64,000 bases of DNA from positions 23,452-87,451 of the IMG/VR virus record IMGVR_UViG_2871875081_000002; one strand, 5' to 3'. Every line of letters begins with the position of its first letter. The first letter of the stretch is position 1. A program made the position numbers and the translations under genes. This DNA is from a virus (taxonomy: Duplodnaviria > Caudoviricetes). Below are positions 1 to 10,000 of the stretch, piece by piece. The notes under the pieces were generated by a model, which saw only the letters and a program-made list of their open reading frames with translations, was not told the DNA's origin and did no database searches.

Positions 1-339
1 GTTGCATAGATACACATAGCAGAAAATGTATGTAAGCATCTTTATTACAAACAAAGCCTCATTTCCGTCATTACAGCCTATCATGATACCATATATCACA
101 TAGTCAATGGTAAGATAGAGCAACATTTCAAGAATGGCGTTTACAAACTTTGATGCCGAAAAGTTTTTGCATCGTACAACACTAACGCCATCAGCTCGCA
201 TACCACAAAAGATATTGAAGCCGAAAGCAATTACTAGCGCCAGAACGAAACCTTCAGTTGGCGTTGCAAAGGCAAGTATAGCAGAGGAAATTGTAACCAC
301 TATCTGCCTAATCTGTGAAGAATCTAATAAATTTGTCAT
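1..339 (-). CDS. Putative holin, 3' end runs off the window
   Basis: Not in the ORF track. ATG at 339, open to base 1: MTNLLDSSQIRQIVVTISSAILAFATPTEGFVLALVIAFGFNIFCGMRADGV...; several hydrophobic segments; lies downstream of the tail module. Confidence 0.6.
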   Translation of the reverse strand, partial: MTNLLDSSQIRQIVVTISSAILAFATPTEGFVLALVIAFGFNIFCGMRADGVSVVRCKNFSASKFVNAILEMLLYLTIDYVIYGIMIGCNDGNEALFVIKMLTYIFCYVYLCN

Positions 340-389
340 AATCTGTTATCCTGAATAATTAATAAAAATAAAGTTTCGGTCTCTTTCTG

Positions 390-397
390 CAAAGATA
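390..397 (-). promoter_or_regulatory. Bacteroidota -7 promoter element (TATCTTTG) upstream of holin
   Basis: Plus strand CAAAGATA matches the TAnnTTTG consensus on the minus strand. Confidence 0.5.
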
Positions 398-437
398 GCA
401 AAAAAAAACGAAACTTCATTCAGAATAACGAAAAACT

Positions 438-866
438 TTAGACATTCAAGTCGTAATATGGAAGTCTGCCACTTTCCAGGAAGGAAATACATTCATCGAA
501 AATCTTTTGCTCGTAGTTGTACGTGTTGATCTTCGGGAACCATTTCTTTATCTTTGCGTCGTTACGCTTTACCATCTCTCCCCAGAGAACGCACCAGTCT
601 TCGAGATTGATGTTGTCATTCTTGACCTCATGCCAATAGTCCTTGGCCACATCTTTAGTATGAAGCTGACCGATGAGGCAAAGATGCATATCTGCCATCT
701 CTTCGTTATAATGACACGATCCAATCTCTCCCTGGACCTGCTTCATCACATCAAGCATTACGCTGTCATTCATTCCGACTTCGCAACAATCTGCCATGAT
801 CGTAACACAGTTCTTGATAGCCTGCATATCATTGCTAGCTATAATGTCTTCGAATACCTTTTTCAT
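438..866 (-). CDS. Hypothetical protein (accessory operon gene 5)
   Basis: 142-aa ORF, protein-like composition, co-oriented and tightly spaced with neighbours. Confidence 0.75.
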   Translation of the reverse strand: MKKVFEDIIASNDMQAIKNCVTIMADCCEVGMNDSVMLDVMKQVQGEIGSCHYNEEMADMHLCLIGQLHTKDVAKDYWHEVKNDNINLEDWCVLWGEMVKRNDAKIKKWFPKINTYNYEQKIFDECISFLESGRLPYYDLNV

Positions 867-884
867 AACCGTATATTTTTGATG

Positions 885-1391
885 TTACTTCAGAAAATAC
901 TCTCTGATGTTGTATACACCATCCTTGTCTTTCAACAAATCGAGTGCAAGGCTGTGGGCATACTTAACCAGATGTTCTGTATCAATGTCCTTAACATCTT
1001 CCTTGCCGAGTATCTTAGCAATTGTGCATCCGTGGTCGCTTACAACCTGATTCATCGCAACGTACAAAGCGTAATCGTTGTAATAAGGTTTCTCCTCTGT
1101 TGCAAGTCCGAGACCGGTCATAGCATTGATCCATGTCTGCATATCCCAGGTTACTGGTGGATTCATACCGTTTACAATCTCAGAAGCTTCCTTCTTCGTA
1201 AGATAGTTCTTCCACTTGATAGCGCAAAGCTTATCAAGATACTCTTGTGCCAACTCTGGGTGCTTGGATGCCATATCCTTCATCATGCAACGCATCGTAT
1301 TACCGAATACGTGCATATACTTTACGTTGGTTGACGAAGCCATAATCCCATAAAGCTCATCAAACTTACTCATAATGTCTTTTGTTTCCAT
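885..1391 (-). CDS. Hypothetical helical protein (accessory operon gene 4)
   Basis: 168-aa ORF containing YNDYALYVAMNQVVSDH; operon context. Confidence 0.8.
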   Translation of the reverse strand: METKDIMSKFDELYGIMASSTNVKYMHVFGNTMRCMMKDMASKHPELAQEYLDKLCAIKWKNYLTKKEASEIVNGMNPPVTWDMQTWINAMTGLGLATEEKPYYNDYALYVAMNQVVSDHGCTIAKILGKEDVKDIDTEHLVKYAHSLALDLLKDKDGVYNIREYFLK

Positions 1392-1405
1392 ATCTTGTAT
1401 ATTTT

Positions 1406-1837
1406 TTAACCTATTATCAAATCTTTCAATTCTACAAAGTCCTCCTCTGTGAAGTTGATGCTTCGCTTGCTTCCAAAGAGGATAGCAGTAGCAATTCCAT
1501 CTGGCAGGTCAATAGACACAACTCCTTTGTCGATATGTCCGTGTATAAAACCTACATCGAATTTGTAATCTTCCACGGATTTTAGCATCTGCATCATATC
1601 TTCAAATATCGTGTTGGCATCTATGTTGCCGTCTTCATCGGCGATGAATAGGGTAGCGTTGTCAATGCTCTTGCCCCAACTATCTTTGTGCTTGGCGATG
1701 ATGTTGTGCGCCGCACGTTTCATGTACACTGATGGTATGGCGAGCATCTGGTTAGCCTTAACCATATCGTCTATTCTAGCATCTGCCCACAAATCAAGCG
1801 ATGTAAGCAGTTTCTCTTTCAATTCTGTTACGTTCAT
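1406..1837 (-). CDS. Hypothetical protein (accessory operon gene 3)
   Basis: 143-aa ORF, start overlaps the stop of the upstream gene. Confidence 0.8.
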   Translation of the reverse strand: MNVTELKEKLLTSLDLWADARIDDMVKANQMLAIPSVYMKRAAHNIIAKHKDSWGKSIDNATLFIADEDGNIDANTIFEDMMQMLKSVEDYKFDVGFIHGHIDKGVVSIDLPDGIATAILFGSKRSINFTEEDFVELKDLIIG

Positions 1838-2331
1838 TTCTTAGTTCCTCCCTTCTTTGTCCCTTGAACCATAGCGAGATACTCTTGCCACGTTTTATCA
1901 CTATGATTTGTCATATAGTCGTTAAGCATAGCGGTTTTCTGCTCTTCCGCCTGTGCTACTTCTTTTCTCAGTCGTTGCATCAAAGACAAATGTTTCTTTA
2001 ATGCCTCCTGTCCTTGCTGAGTGCTTTCGATACGAGGGCGTATAATGCGCAATTCCTCGTCTTGCACTAGCTTAGACACATATTGCAAGCTATTGACGTA
2101 TTCCTGATTCTGCATCAAGTACTGACGTTGTGCGCCTGTAAGATTGTCTTCAATCTTATCAATCTCATCCCATAAAGGGGTGGAAGACTGCTGCGCTTGC
2201 ATGTTGATAGATGCTCGTTTCTGCTGTATTGCCTCATACATCTTCTGTAGCTCAGCATCCATCATTTGCGGCTGCTGCTGACTTGTACCCATATCCAATA
2301 ATGGGCTGTTTCCAAAATTCATCATAACCAA
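1834..2331 (-). CDS. Gln-rich coiled-coil hypothetical protein (accessory operon gene 2)
   Basis: 165-aa Q/E/K-rich ORF. Confidence 0.78.
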   Translation of the reverse strand: MVMMNFGNSPLLDMGTSQQQPQMMDAELQKMYEAIQQKRASINMQAQQSSTPLWDEIDKIEDNLTGAQRQYLMQNQEYVNSLQYVSKLVQDEELRIIRPRIESTQQGQEALKKHLSLMQRLRKEVAQAEEQKTAMLNDYMTNHSDKTWQEYLAMVQGTKKGGTKK

Positions 2332-2447
2332 TATCTTTAAGTTGGTGATATATTATAGAGAGGTGAGAGGGCATCCACCACGAGGGCAAACACCCCTCAC
2401 CAACTCATTTTTTCTTAGTCCGTCTAACCGACTTCCTTACTGCTCTG

Positions 2448-3176
2448 TTACGCTCCTGTAGTGGGAGTAGACGGAGCAGTGCAGTTGCAGCCGCTGTAAC
2501 TACCGAATCCCTGGAGTACTGGAGTGTTCGGGAGCATCAACTGCCCTCGCAAGCAGTTGCAAGTGTTCTCCTTGACGTAAGCCATCATAAGCTTCTCCTT
2601 GTAAGGAGTGAGGGCTTCCATCACGGCTACCTTCTTGTCGAGGTCGCTATACTTTGCTTGCAACGCATCGTACTGGTCTCTCTGATTCTTGTACAAGCCA
2701 AAATCTGCATCAATCTGAGACTTGTAAAGACCGAACTCAGCCTGCATTGCACGGCGGTTCTCGGCGTTGATAGCATCGTTAGCACCCTTATACATAGAGA
2801 ACTTCTCAGCGATGTCTGTCTCGCGCATAGCGTAGAACTTGTTAGCGGTGTCGAGCTTCATACCGAACATGTAGGTAAGCAACTTCACCTCATCATCGCA
2901 TTCCTTCTCCATTACCTCAAGGGCTGTAGGAGCAGTATTACTTGCAGTCATACCACCATAGGTGTTGATATTCACATTATCTGGCATACCATTACCAAGT
3001 GAACCAAACACGCTGCGGTTGTTACCGCCAAGCAACCAAGCACCAGCACCGAGTGCTGTGCCGATGATACCAAGGGTAAGACCAGCATTGCCTGTTGCCT
3101 TAGAAGCATAATCATCGTGCTTCTTTCCCTCTTCGTAGATTTTCTTCTCTACGACCTTTGCATCTGTCATTTCCAT
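2448..3176 (-). CDS. Hypothetical protein with Gly-rich hydrophobic N-terminal segment and Cys-rich tail (accessory operon gene 1)
   Basis: 242 aa: YASKATGNAGLTLGIIGTALG, a coiled coil, then CNCLRG...GCNC. Confidence 0.85.
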   Translation of the reverse strand: MEMTDAKVVEKKIYEEGKKHDDYASKATGNAGLTLGIIGTALGAGAWLLGGNNRSVFGSLGNGMPDNVNINTYGGMTASNTAPTALEVMEKECDDEVKLLTYMFGMKLDTANKFYAMRETDIAEKFSMYKGANDAINAENRRAMQAEFGLYKSQIDADFGLYKNQRDQYDALQAKYSDLDKKVAVMEALTPYKEKLMMAYVKENTCNCLRGQLMLPNTPVLQGFGSYSGCNCTAPSTPTTGA

Positions 3177-3236
3177 GATACAATCTTTTTAAGTTATCCT
3201 TAATATTAACTAACACTATGTAATCGATTACGGATG

Positions 3237-3244
3237 CAAAGGTA
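3237..3244 (-). promoter_or_regulatory. -7 promoter element (TACCTTTG) for the 3176-438 operon
   Basis: Plus strand CAAAGGTA, about 60 bp upstream of the ATG at 3176. Confidence 0.55.
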
Positions 3245-3341
3245 CAAAGAATAGGGTAGAGCAAATATAATTCTATCACACTTTCTTTTAGTGGTTGATT
3301 ATCAGAGATTTAAGGTGATATGAGGTAATATCATAAATAAC

Positions 3342-3373
3342 AAAAAAAAGAGAGGCAGTCACTTACCTCTCTT
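3342..3373 (-). terminator. Intrinsic terminator
   Basis: Minus strand AAGAGAGG-taagtgactg-CCTCTCTT followed by a T-run, downstream of 3409. Confidence 0.75.
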
Positions 3374-3408
3374 ACTCAACTTGTAAGGAATACTTACATG
3401 TTCAACTA

Positions 3409-3750
3409 TTATTTTCTTTTCTTTTTAATGTAGTGCAGTATATCCCACTTCTTAAAATATCGGGTGTGCCCTCGCTTTTTGCATTCTCCGTTCGGAATGT
3501 CACCTCTAGCAACCATTCTATTCAATGTTGCATCAGAAACGTGAAGCTTCTCCTTGACTTCCTCGGTAGATAGCATCGGATTGAGAGCATACGGCAGATA
3601 GTTCTCACAAAGGTCTTCTATCTCATCGCTACTCATTCCGCAAGCAGTTACCTTCTCCCCTCTCTTCTCTTGCTCGTCTGCTCGAAAACAAGAATCCGAT
3701 AACGATTTTAATAACACTCCCAAGGTGTGATAACCAAATAACTTTCCCAT
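3409..3750 (-). CDS. Protein with C-terminal excisionase/MerR-like HTH
   Basis: LSTEEVKEKLHVSDATLNRMVARGDIP...RYFKKWDIL pattern. Confidence 0.75.
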   Translation of the reverse strand: MGKLFGYHTLGVLLKSLSDSCFRADEQEKRGEKVTACGMSSDEIEDLCENYLPYALNPMLSTEEVKEKLHVSDATLNRMVARGDIPNGECKKRGHTRYFKKWDILHYIKKKRK

Positions 3751-3754
3751 ATCA

Positions 3755-4306
3755 TTATAATCTAGAGATTAAACTTTGACAGCCCTTGCCTGAGAAATAC
3801 TTATCGGCAAAACCATATACATAAAATATAATGGTCATTACAAGTATTACAACATTAGATTCCACCATTTCGTTGGTGGTGAAAACATTCCAGTATACGA
3901 TATGAATAGCATTTATCCCAAATAGGTAGATTATCATCGGAATACGCCATCTGTAGCAGAGCCAAAAGAATCTGCTCGCAATTATAAGCACAAGCGGATG
4001 GATGTAAACGGAAAAATAGATAAATGCTGCCGATACCCAATTCTCCTTAAACCATACGCACATTTCTTTTTCATGAGACGCAAATGTTACCATGCATGCA
4101 ATATGAAAAAGCATGATAAACAGAGGCATCACTTCACAATAATACTTAAACCAAGTGAGTAGCTTTATGCTGTAGCCTCTACCTGCAAGGATAATGACGT
4201 TTATCATTTCGCTAACGTCCATGTCCTTAAACATTACTCTTGACAACTGTACAACACCGACTGATTGAACTAACCGATGGACTTCATCTTCTTCCTCTTT
4301 AGTCAT
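3755..4306 (-). CDS. Multi-pass membrane protein
   Basis: 183 aa with about four hydrophobic stretches. Confidence 0.75.
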   Translation of the reverse strand: MTKEEEDEVHRLVQSVGVVQLSRVMFKDMDVSEMINVIILAGRGYSIKLLTWFKYYCEVMPLFIMLFHIACMVTFASHEKEMCVWFKENWVSAAFIYFSVYIHPLVLIIASRFFWLCYRWRIPMIIYLFGINAIHIVYWNVFTTNEMVESNVVILVMTIIFYVYGFADKYFSGKGCQSLISRL

Positions 4307-4345
4307 AAGCTGTTATATTTTAGTTGATTTAAAAGATTGATGCCG

Positions 4346-4353
4346 CAAAGGTA
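4346..4353 (-). promoter_or_regulatory. -7 promoter element (TACCTTTG) for 4306-3409
   Basis: Plus strand CAAAGGTA, 40 bp upstream of the ATG at 4306. Confidence 0.55.
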
Positions 4354-4502
4354 CGCATCTTCTAATAAAAGTAATTGGTTTTTGATTGATTTTTGTGTTA
4401 AACTATATAAAATGTAACAATCTGAAAGTAGATGGCTACAAAAATAGCGTTAGAACGGCTTTCTTGCCAAATTCTAACGCTATTATTATATCTACACTGG
4501 TA

Positions 4503-4967
4503 TTATCCTATCACAACATCAAGGGTCTCCATATCAGCGAACTTCAAGCCGCAATCCTTAGCAGCTTTGAACAGCTCCTTCTCGTCAACTTCCTCAATGG
4601 CTACCTCTACCTCCTTGTCGGCAAGTTCCTTGAAATACTTTTCGGTCTTCTGCTTCTGATTGAAGAAGTACTCATTGACCTCAGCGAACTTGGCTGAATC
4701 GTCCTTGGTGTATTCGTAGCCTTCATCGGCGTGCTTCTGCTCCAACTGCTGGCACTCCTGAAGCTTGCACTGCATCTCCTCGAACTTATCGTCCTTCAGG
4801 CTCTCCTGCGCTTCCTTCACATCCTTGTCGTAAGTATCGGCTACTTGGCGCAGTGCCTTCATATTCTTCCAAACTCGCATAGCGGCATCATCACTCATTG
4901 ATGATGTCTTCAATGCCTTCAATGTTCTGTAGGCATCAACTGCCTCAATTGTCTTAATCTTTTTCAT
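4503..4967 (-). CDS. Hypothetical charged helical phage protein
   Basis: 154-aa K/E/D-rich ORF with AT-rich start context. Confidence 0.8.
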   Translation of the reverse strand: MKKIKTIEAVDAYRTLKALKTSSMSDDAAMRVWKNMKALRQVADTYDKDVKEAQESLKDDKFEEMQCKLQECQQLEQKHADEGYEYTKDDSAKFAEVNEYFFNQKQKTEKYFKELADKEVEVAIEEVDEKELFKAAKDCGLKFADMETLDVVIG

Positions 4968-5044
4968 AATTGTTTCTTTATTTTTATGTTATACAATATT
5001 CTTCGCCAGATTGCCATAGCAGAATACCTTTCCTATTAACAGTG

Positions 5045-5052
5045 CAAAGTTA
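5045..5052 (-). promoter_or_regulatory. -7 promoter element (TAACTTTG)
   Basis: Plus strand CAAAGTTA, with TTG about 19 nt upstream on the minus strand. Confidence 0.4.
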
Positions 5053-5219
5053 AGAAAATAATTCCGAATAACAATGCAGGAGGAGCAAAATTTACGAATT
5101 TTAAAAACAGCTTCCCCACGTTGGATAATCACTAGGACGTAATGTGTCTGCTTTCTCGGTGAGAACGTAAACCACAAATACATTTCTAGCATATTTGTTA
5201 TATTAAGAACATCTGCTTT

Positions 5220-6506
5220 TTAATGCATAATATAACTACCACCTGGAGGAACTTGTTTCCATCCACCATCTATATTAATTTCAAAAGATAATTGACACAT
5301 TTGTCCATAATAACCTCCTTCATAAACATTATCAAATCTTATATATATATCAACATAATCTGTTCTATCACCTTCAGGAATAGTTACAGAACCTGTAATT
5401 TGACCAGAGCTATTAGATACATAACCTCTTCCGTATGTTGTCTTATTGTTACCATAAGCACAAATACTTCTAAATATACCATCAGTAATTGTAATTGTAG
5501 CATCAGGAAGTTTATATATTCTAGCTTTACAAATACAACTAGCACCAACTAATTCTCTCAACGATGAGAAATCAACAAAACCACTAGAACCACTTTTAAT
5601 ACTTTCCATATTAATTTGTCTAGGATAATATTTAAAACTAATAGCACCTGGACACTTTATAAAAATTATTTTTGTATTAGCATATAAAGTTGCATTACGA
5701 GTATATGCTAAAAAAGGCACAATATCAATAAACTTATCTCCACTGCCTATATCAAAAGTTATTTCTTTACTAGCGTATACAAAATCTGTTGGTTTTTGGC
5801 AATTACCGACATAATAATTTTTATAAATCTTATCATTAACATTATATGGTGAATCATAACGAATTTGAATCCAAAAAGACCAAGCTAAATATAAATCAGG
5901 AATTATATCTTCCATAGTAACATTTATATTATCAACAACATGCACATTCTTATATAGAATACAATTAAATTTAGGAGTTGAAGAATAATAAATTTCAACA
6001 TTACGTAATTCAGGAATAGAAGTTAGAAACTTATTAGTTGTTGCTTTACTATTATAGTTTCTAAAATCACTTAATCTATAAGGAGAATTAACACCACCTT
6101 TTGGAAAATGTTTTCCTGATACCTTTGTTCTTGTGTTATCACTAATATAACCATTATTACCATATACATTATCTTTATAAAGGTTGTTACAAGCTTTAAT
6201 TGCAAAACCTTCTCCTCCATAATTATTACGTAAGTTCTTATAAGTGTCCATAGGTATATTCATACCACAACGAACAACACAAGTATATTTACTATATGAA
6301 GATGTTACTATTTCCTCAGAGTCTTCTCTAATAGGATATTCTTTAAATTCACCTTTACAACTAATAGGTTTATACTTACTCCATATATTTATATTTTCAC
6401 TCTTACAAAGAGTAGCAAGGTCATTGCTACTCTCTCCAAGAGCTCGTTTAACATCATCAATGCTAACAGGAGCACTAATAATTCCAGTTTCACTATTGTA
6501 AGACAT
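5220..6506 (-). CDS. AT-rich putative tail-tip/receptor-binding accessory protein
   Basis: Likely start MSYNSETG at 6506. The N-terminus APVSIDDVKRALG...INIWSKYKP is a pattern I associate with Bacteroidota phage tail-region proteins. Beta-rich body. Confidence 0.65.
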   Translation of the reverse strand: MSYNSETGIISAPVSIDDVKRALGESSNDLATLCKSENINIWSKYKPISCKGEFKEYPIREDSEEIVTSSYSKYTCVVRCGMNIPMDTYKNLRNNYGGEGFAIKACNNLYKDNVYGNNGYISDNTRTKVSGKHFPKGGVNSPYRLSDFRNYNSKATTNKFLTSIPELRNVEIYYSSTPKFNCILYKNVHVVDNINVTMEDIIPDLYLAWSFWIQIRYDSPYNVNDKIYKNYYVGNCQKPTDFVYASKEITFDIGSGDKFIDIVPFLAYTRNATLYANTKIIFIKCPGAISFKYYPRQINMESIKSGSSGFVDFSSLRELVGASCICKARIYKLPDATITITDGIFRSICAYGNNKTTYGRGYVSNSSGQITGSVTIPEGDRTDYVDIYIRFDNVYEGGYYGQMCQLSFEINIDGGWKQVPPGGSYIMH

Positions 6507-6519
6507 AATCTTTATTTTT

Positions 6520-6624
6520 TTAATATTCAACTTTAGTTTCTAATTCTGTTACAACTTCTTTAGTAACAACTCGCTCTACTGTTACATTGAACACTTTCGC
6601 AAGCTATAATGTAAATCGTTCCAT
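6520..6624 (-). pseudogene. Short ORF remnant interrupted by in-frame TAG
   Basis: MERFTL*LAKVFNVTVERVVTKEVVTELETKVEY*, with TAG at 6604-6606. Confidence 0.45.
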
Positions 6625-6692
6625 ACGCTTGATATTTAAAACTTAGAACACTAGGCAAGGCAGCTCTATAAGAGCCACCCTGCGGTTAATAC

Positions 6693-6998
6693 TTACTCTG
6701 CTGCCTCGCTTGCCATATTAGCGGCGATAGCGGAATTAACCTCCTTAATCAATGCTGATACCTCACTGAGCTTGCTCTGCGGAACACCGCTGATGTTGTA
6801 GGTCAGCTCGCTGCCGTTGGAGCTTGCGTTCGCATTGCCGAGATAATTACCATTTGGGTCACCATAGATACTCATATTGATGCTCTCGATGTTGCCACCC
6901 GTCTTGTCAACATTGTAGGTGATTTCTACTCGATAGCCGCCCTTGGTATAAGTGGCGGTTGTCTGTTCACTTTTCTTGTTAATCTTTAAATTCTCCAT
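6693..6998 (-). CDS. Hypothetical tail-region protein
   Basis: 101-aa ORF 8 bp downstream of the giant tail gene. Confidence 0.8.
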   Translation of the reverse strand: MENLKINKKSEQTTATYTKGGYRVEITYNVDKTGGNIESINMSIYGDPNGNYLGNANASSNGSELTYNISGVPQSKLSEVSALIKEVNSAIAANMASEAAE

Positions 6999-7006
6999 TT
7001 TCTTAA

Positions 7007-10000
7007 CTAATTTAATGAATTAATATTCTTGTTATCTAATCTCTTCTTGTTGCAGTCTTCCTTATCTCCACTCAATCGCTGAACCTCTGATTCGAGGAAG
7101 ACCACCCGAGCCTTCAACCTGCTGACCTCATCGCCCACCTGCTCAATAGCACCGAATGCCGTTGCAATCAGCTTCGGAGACCAGTAGTTAATCTTGTAGT
7201 AGCCCTTCTCGTCAGTCTCCACGATGTCCTTTAAGTGAGGGTTGCACAAGACGTGCTGGGCAATCCAGCCGATAGACCTTGTGTTGTCCTTCTTCCAAGC
7301 GAAGCCATAAGTGCCACCCATTGCCTTGATGATACCCAAGTAGTCCAGCTTCCGCAAATCCTGCTTCAAGCGGATGTCAGAAGATTGATAAGCTGTAACT
7401 CCACCTTTAGCAAGAATGCTATTAGGGAAGTAAGTATTCATATTATAATCAAAGTTATATATATGACCTGTATGACCCATAAATCTATCAGTAGGAAATG
7501 AATACTTAGTAAAAGAAAATATTCGTATTTTATTTATTGAAGCATTTCGTAATGCAGTAGTATTTTGGTCATGTTTAAATCTAAAACGAATATATCTTCT
7601 ATCATCATTTCCTACAGGAAAACCTTCGTTACCTCTAGATAGATTTATATAATTAAATTGGTTCCATCCGGTCATATATTTAATATAAGTATTGACTATA
7701 ACACCTTTACTATTTAAATATTCTACAGTACAAGTAACACCAACACCTTGTCCCATATCAACACAAGCAAAATATACTTGAGAATAACAAGAGTTAGGAA
7801 TTTCAAACGAAAACATTAATTCATTCTTTTTTACTTGAGCTAATTTCTCAGCATCATTATTACCAGTGAAAACATTATAACCTAAGTAAACTTGAGTTAA
7901 ACCTGCATTACTAGCATATAGATTAAATTTAGTATCATTTGACATCTCATAATTAGTCCAATTAGTACCATTATCATTAGAATATTGTACAGTTACTTGA
8001 TTAACTTGTATACTATCAGTAATAGCAGTAATTCCAGAGCATAAAGCATCAGCTGAAACATAACAACCCGCTCCTTTATTATTAACTTCATAATTTGTAG
8101 GTAATATACCTTTATTATTTATTAAACCGTTAACTGATAAATTACCAGCAATAACAGCATTTTTACTAACACTAATACTATCACAACTAATAACATCATT
8201 AACAGTAAGACTTTTAAACGTAGCACTACCTAATTGTGTTATGCTCCAATAACTACTATTTACTTGACTACACATGTCTTGAACTTTCACAAAACCAGAA
8301 TTATTAGCATTACCTAAATATAAATCACCACCACTACCTCCAATTCTAACTCCACTATCAGGAGTTATAGTTGTAATACCTGGAAATTTAAGTGTACCAT
8401 TACTTTGTGCACTATTAGCAATAAACACAGAATTATCAGCTATACCAAGATAAATAGTTTTATTAGAATGATTATATTTAAGACCAGCCCATTTATTCAA
8501 ATCCCAAGCAGTTTCACCAAAACGAATAGCCGCACCTGTGTTGAAAATAACTTGCGCATCAATGGCACTAATAGGAGTTAACTTGTTGCCAATCTTAAGC
8601 GCACCATTCTGCAAGGTGGTACTGATGGTGTTGCTTGCGCTGATGGTGGTCACACCGCTCAAAGCACCGCTCACGTTAGCCGTTCCGTTGAACGACTGTC
8701 CCCAGATGGTTCTTGCCGTTACAAGTTGGTCTGCTTGATTCACGATGCCAATTCTCGTAGCACCATCAAGCAAGGTGTAAGGGCTATCCCCTGTGGTTGC
8801 TGGCAAGCTTTGAGCCGCAGAGAACCATCTATTTGTCACCAAAGTTCCTTGGCTTGTGAAATCGGTAGACGTGCGTCCTGTCTTCTTGATGATTGTGTAA
8901 GACAGACTTCCAAATTGACGTTGGCAATTTCCCCAAAGTTGAACATTGCCAGTTGCATTGTTGTAGTACACACGCAACCTTGAAGACATGTTTCCAACCA
9001 ACTCACGCAAGGATATGATAAAGTTGTATGCCCCAGAGTCCTTCGCTCCATTCTGACGGATTCTCAACACGACAACCGAAAAGGTATCGTTAAATCCGTT
9101 GGAGAAGAGGAACGTGAAATTTCTATCATCATATTGGTTGTCTGTGACGGTAATGTCAAACAACTTCGCCCAATAGTGGGAAAGGCTTGCGGTGTCGCTG
9201 TTTACCGCTCCCGACCATACGATGTTGTTTTTGTGCCAACCATCGAGCAAATCCGCATTGAGGTTTGTCCATTGTGCGGTAGTCGAAGCTATGTGATTCG
9301 AGCCGTTGTAACCGAATTGCATACCTCCCTTGCCGAACTTCACCATTCCTGCGTTGTTGTTGCCAACGCCCATCAAGCCGATAGTGTTGCCAATGTTACA
9401 ATCACCTATGTAGCAATCATCGCCAATGCGCAATCCATTGTAAGCACCATTCAATGCGCTTGCCACAATCTTAAGCTGACCTGTGAGCGTTCCACCTGTC
9501 AAAGGCAAGTACTTTGCGGCGATGGCATCCACCTGTGACTTCGTATAAGCATCAGTAATGCCATACCCACTTATCGTTGTCGGCTTGCTTGTGAGTTCTG
9601 AGAAGGCAAGGCTGTTCTTGATTGCAAACGAGCCGAAAGCACCCTTGTTGCAATAGGCGAGGTTTGAACTAGTGCCACTATATGCTCCGTTCCAGTAAGC
9701 TATGAAGCTCATGTCAGGAATGATGTTGCCATCGATCGATGCGTTAGTCCATCCCGAAGTGCCCACCGCAGAAAGGCTCTTCTTCGTGTAGCTCTTGGTG
9801 TAGGTGATGGCTGTTCCACTGGTGGATATGCCAGTCACGAACACATTGCTTCCACTTGGCTGAGTAACCGAGCGCAAGCCATCCGTAATGCCAAATCCCG
9901 ACAAAGTGGTTGGCTTGTTGGTGATATAGCTCCACGCAAGGTTTCCTTGGAACGCCGTGAGTGCCTTGATGTGTGGAGCGATGAAGTAAGCATCGCCTTG

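Noticed and set aside
134-358. 74-aa plus-strand ORF
   Set aside because: The opposite strand encodes a better holin-like frame with promoter and leader motif.
507-1334. 275-aa plus-strand ORF
   Set aside because: Antisense to two coherent operon genes; composition typical of a shadow frame.
4989-5192. 67-aa minus-strand ORF
   Set aside because: Weak start context and contains the promoter-like element for the next gene; probably non-coding.
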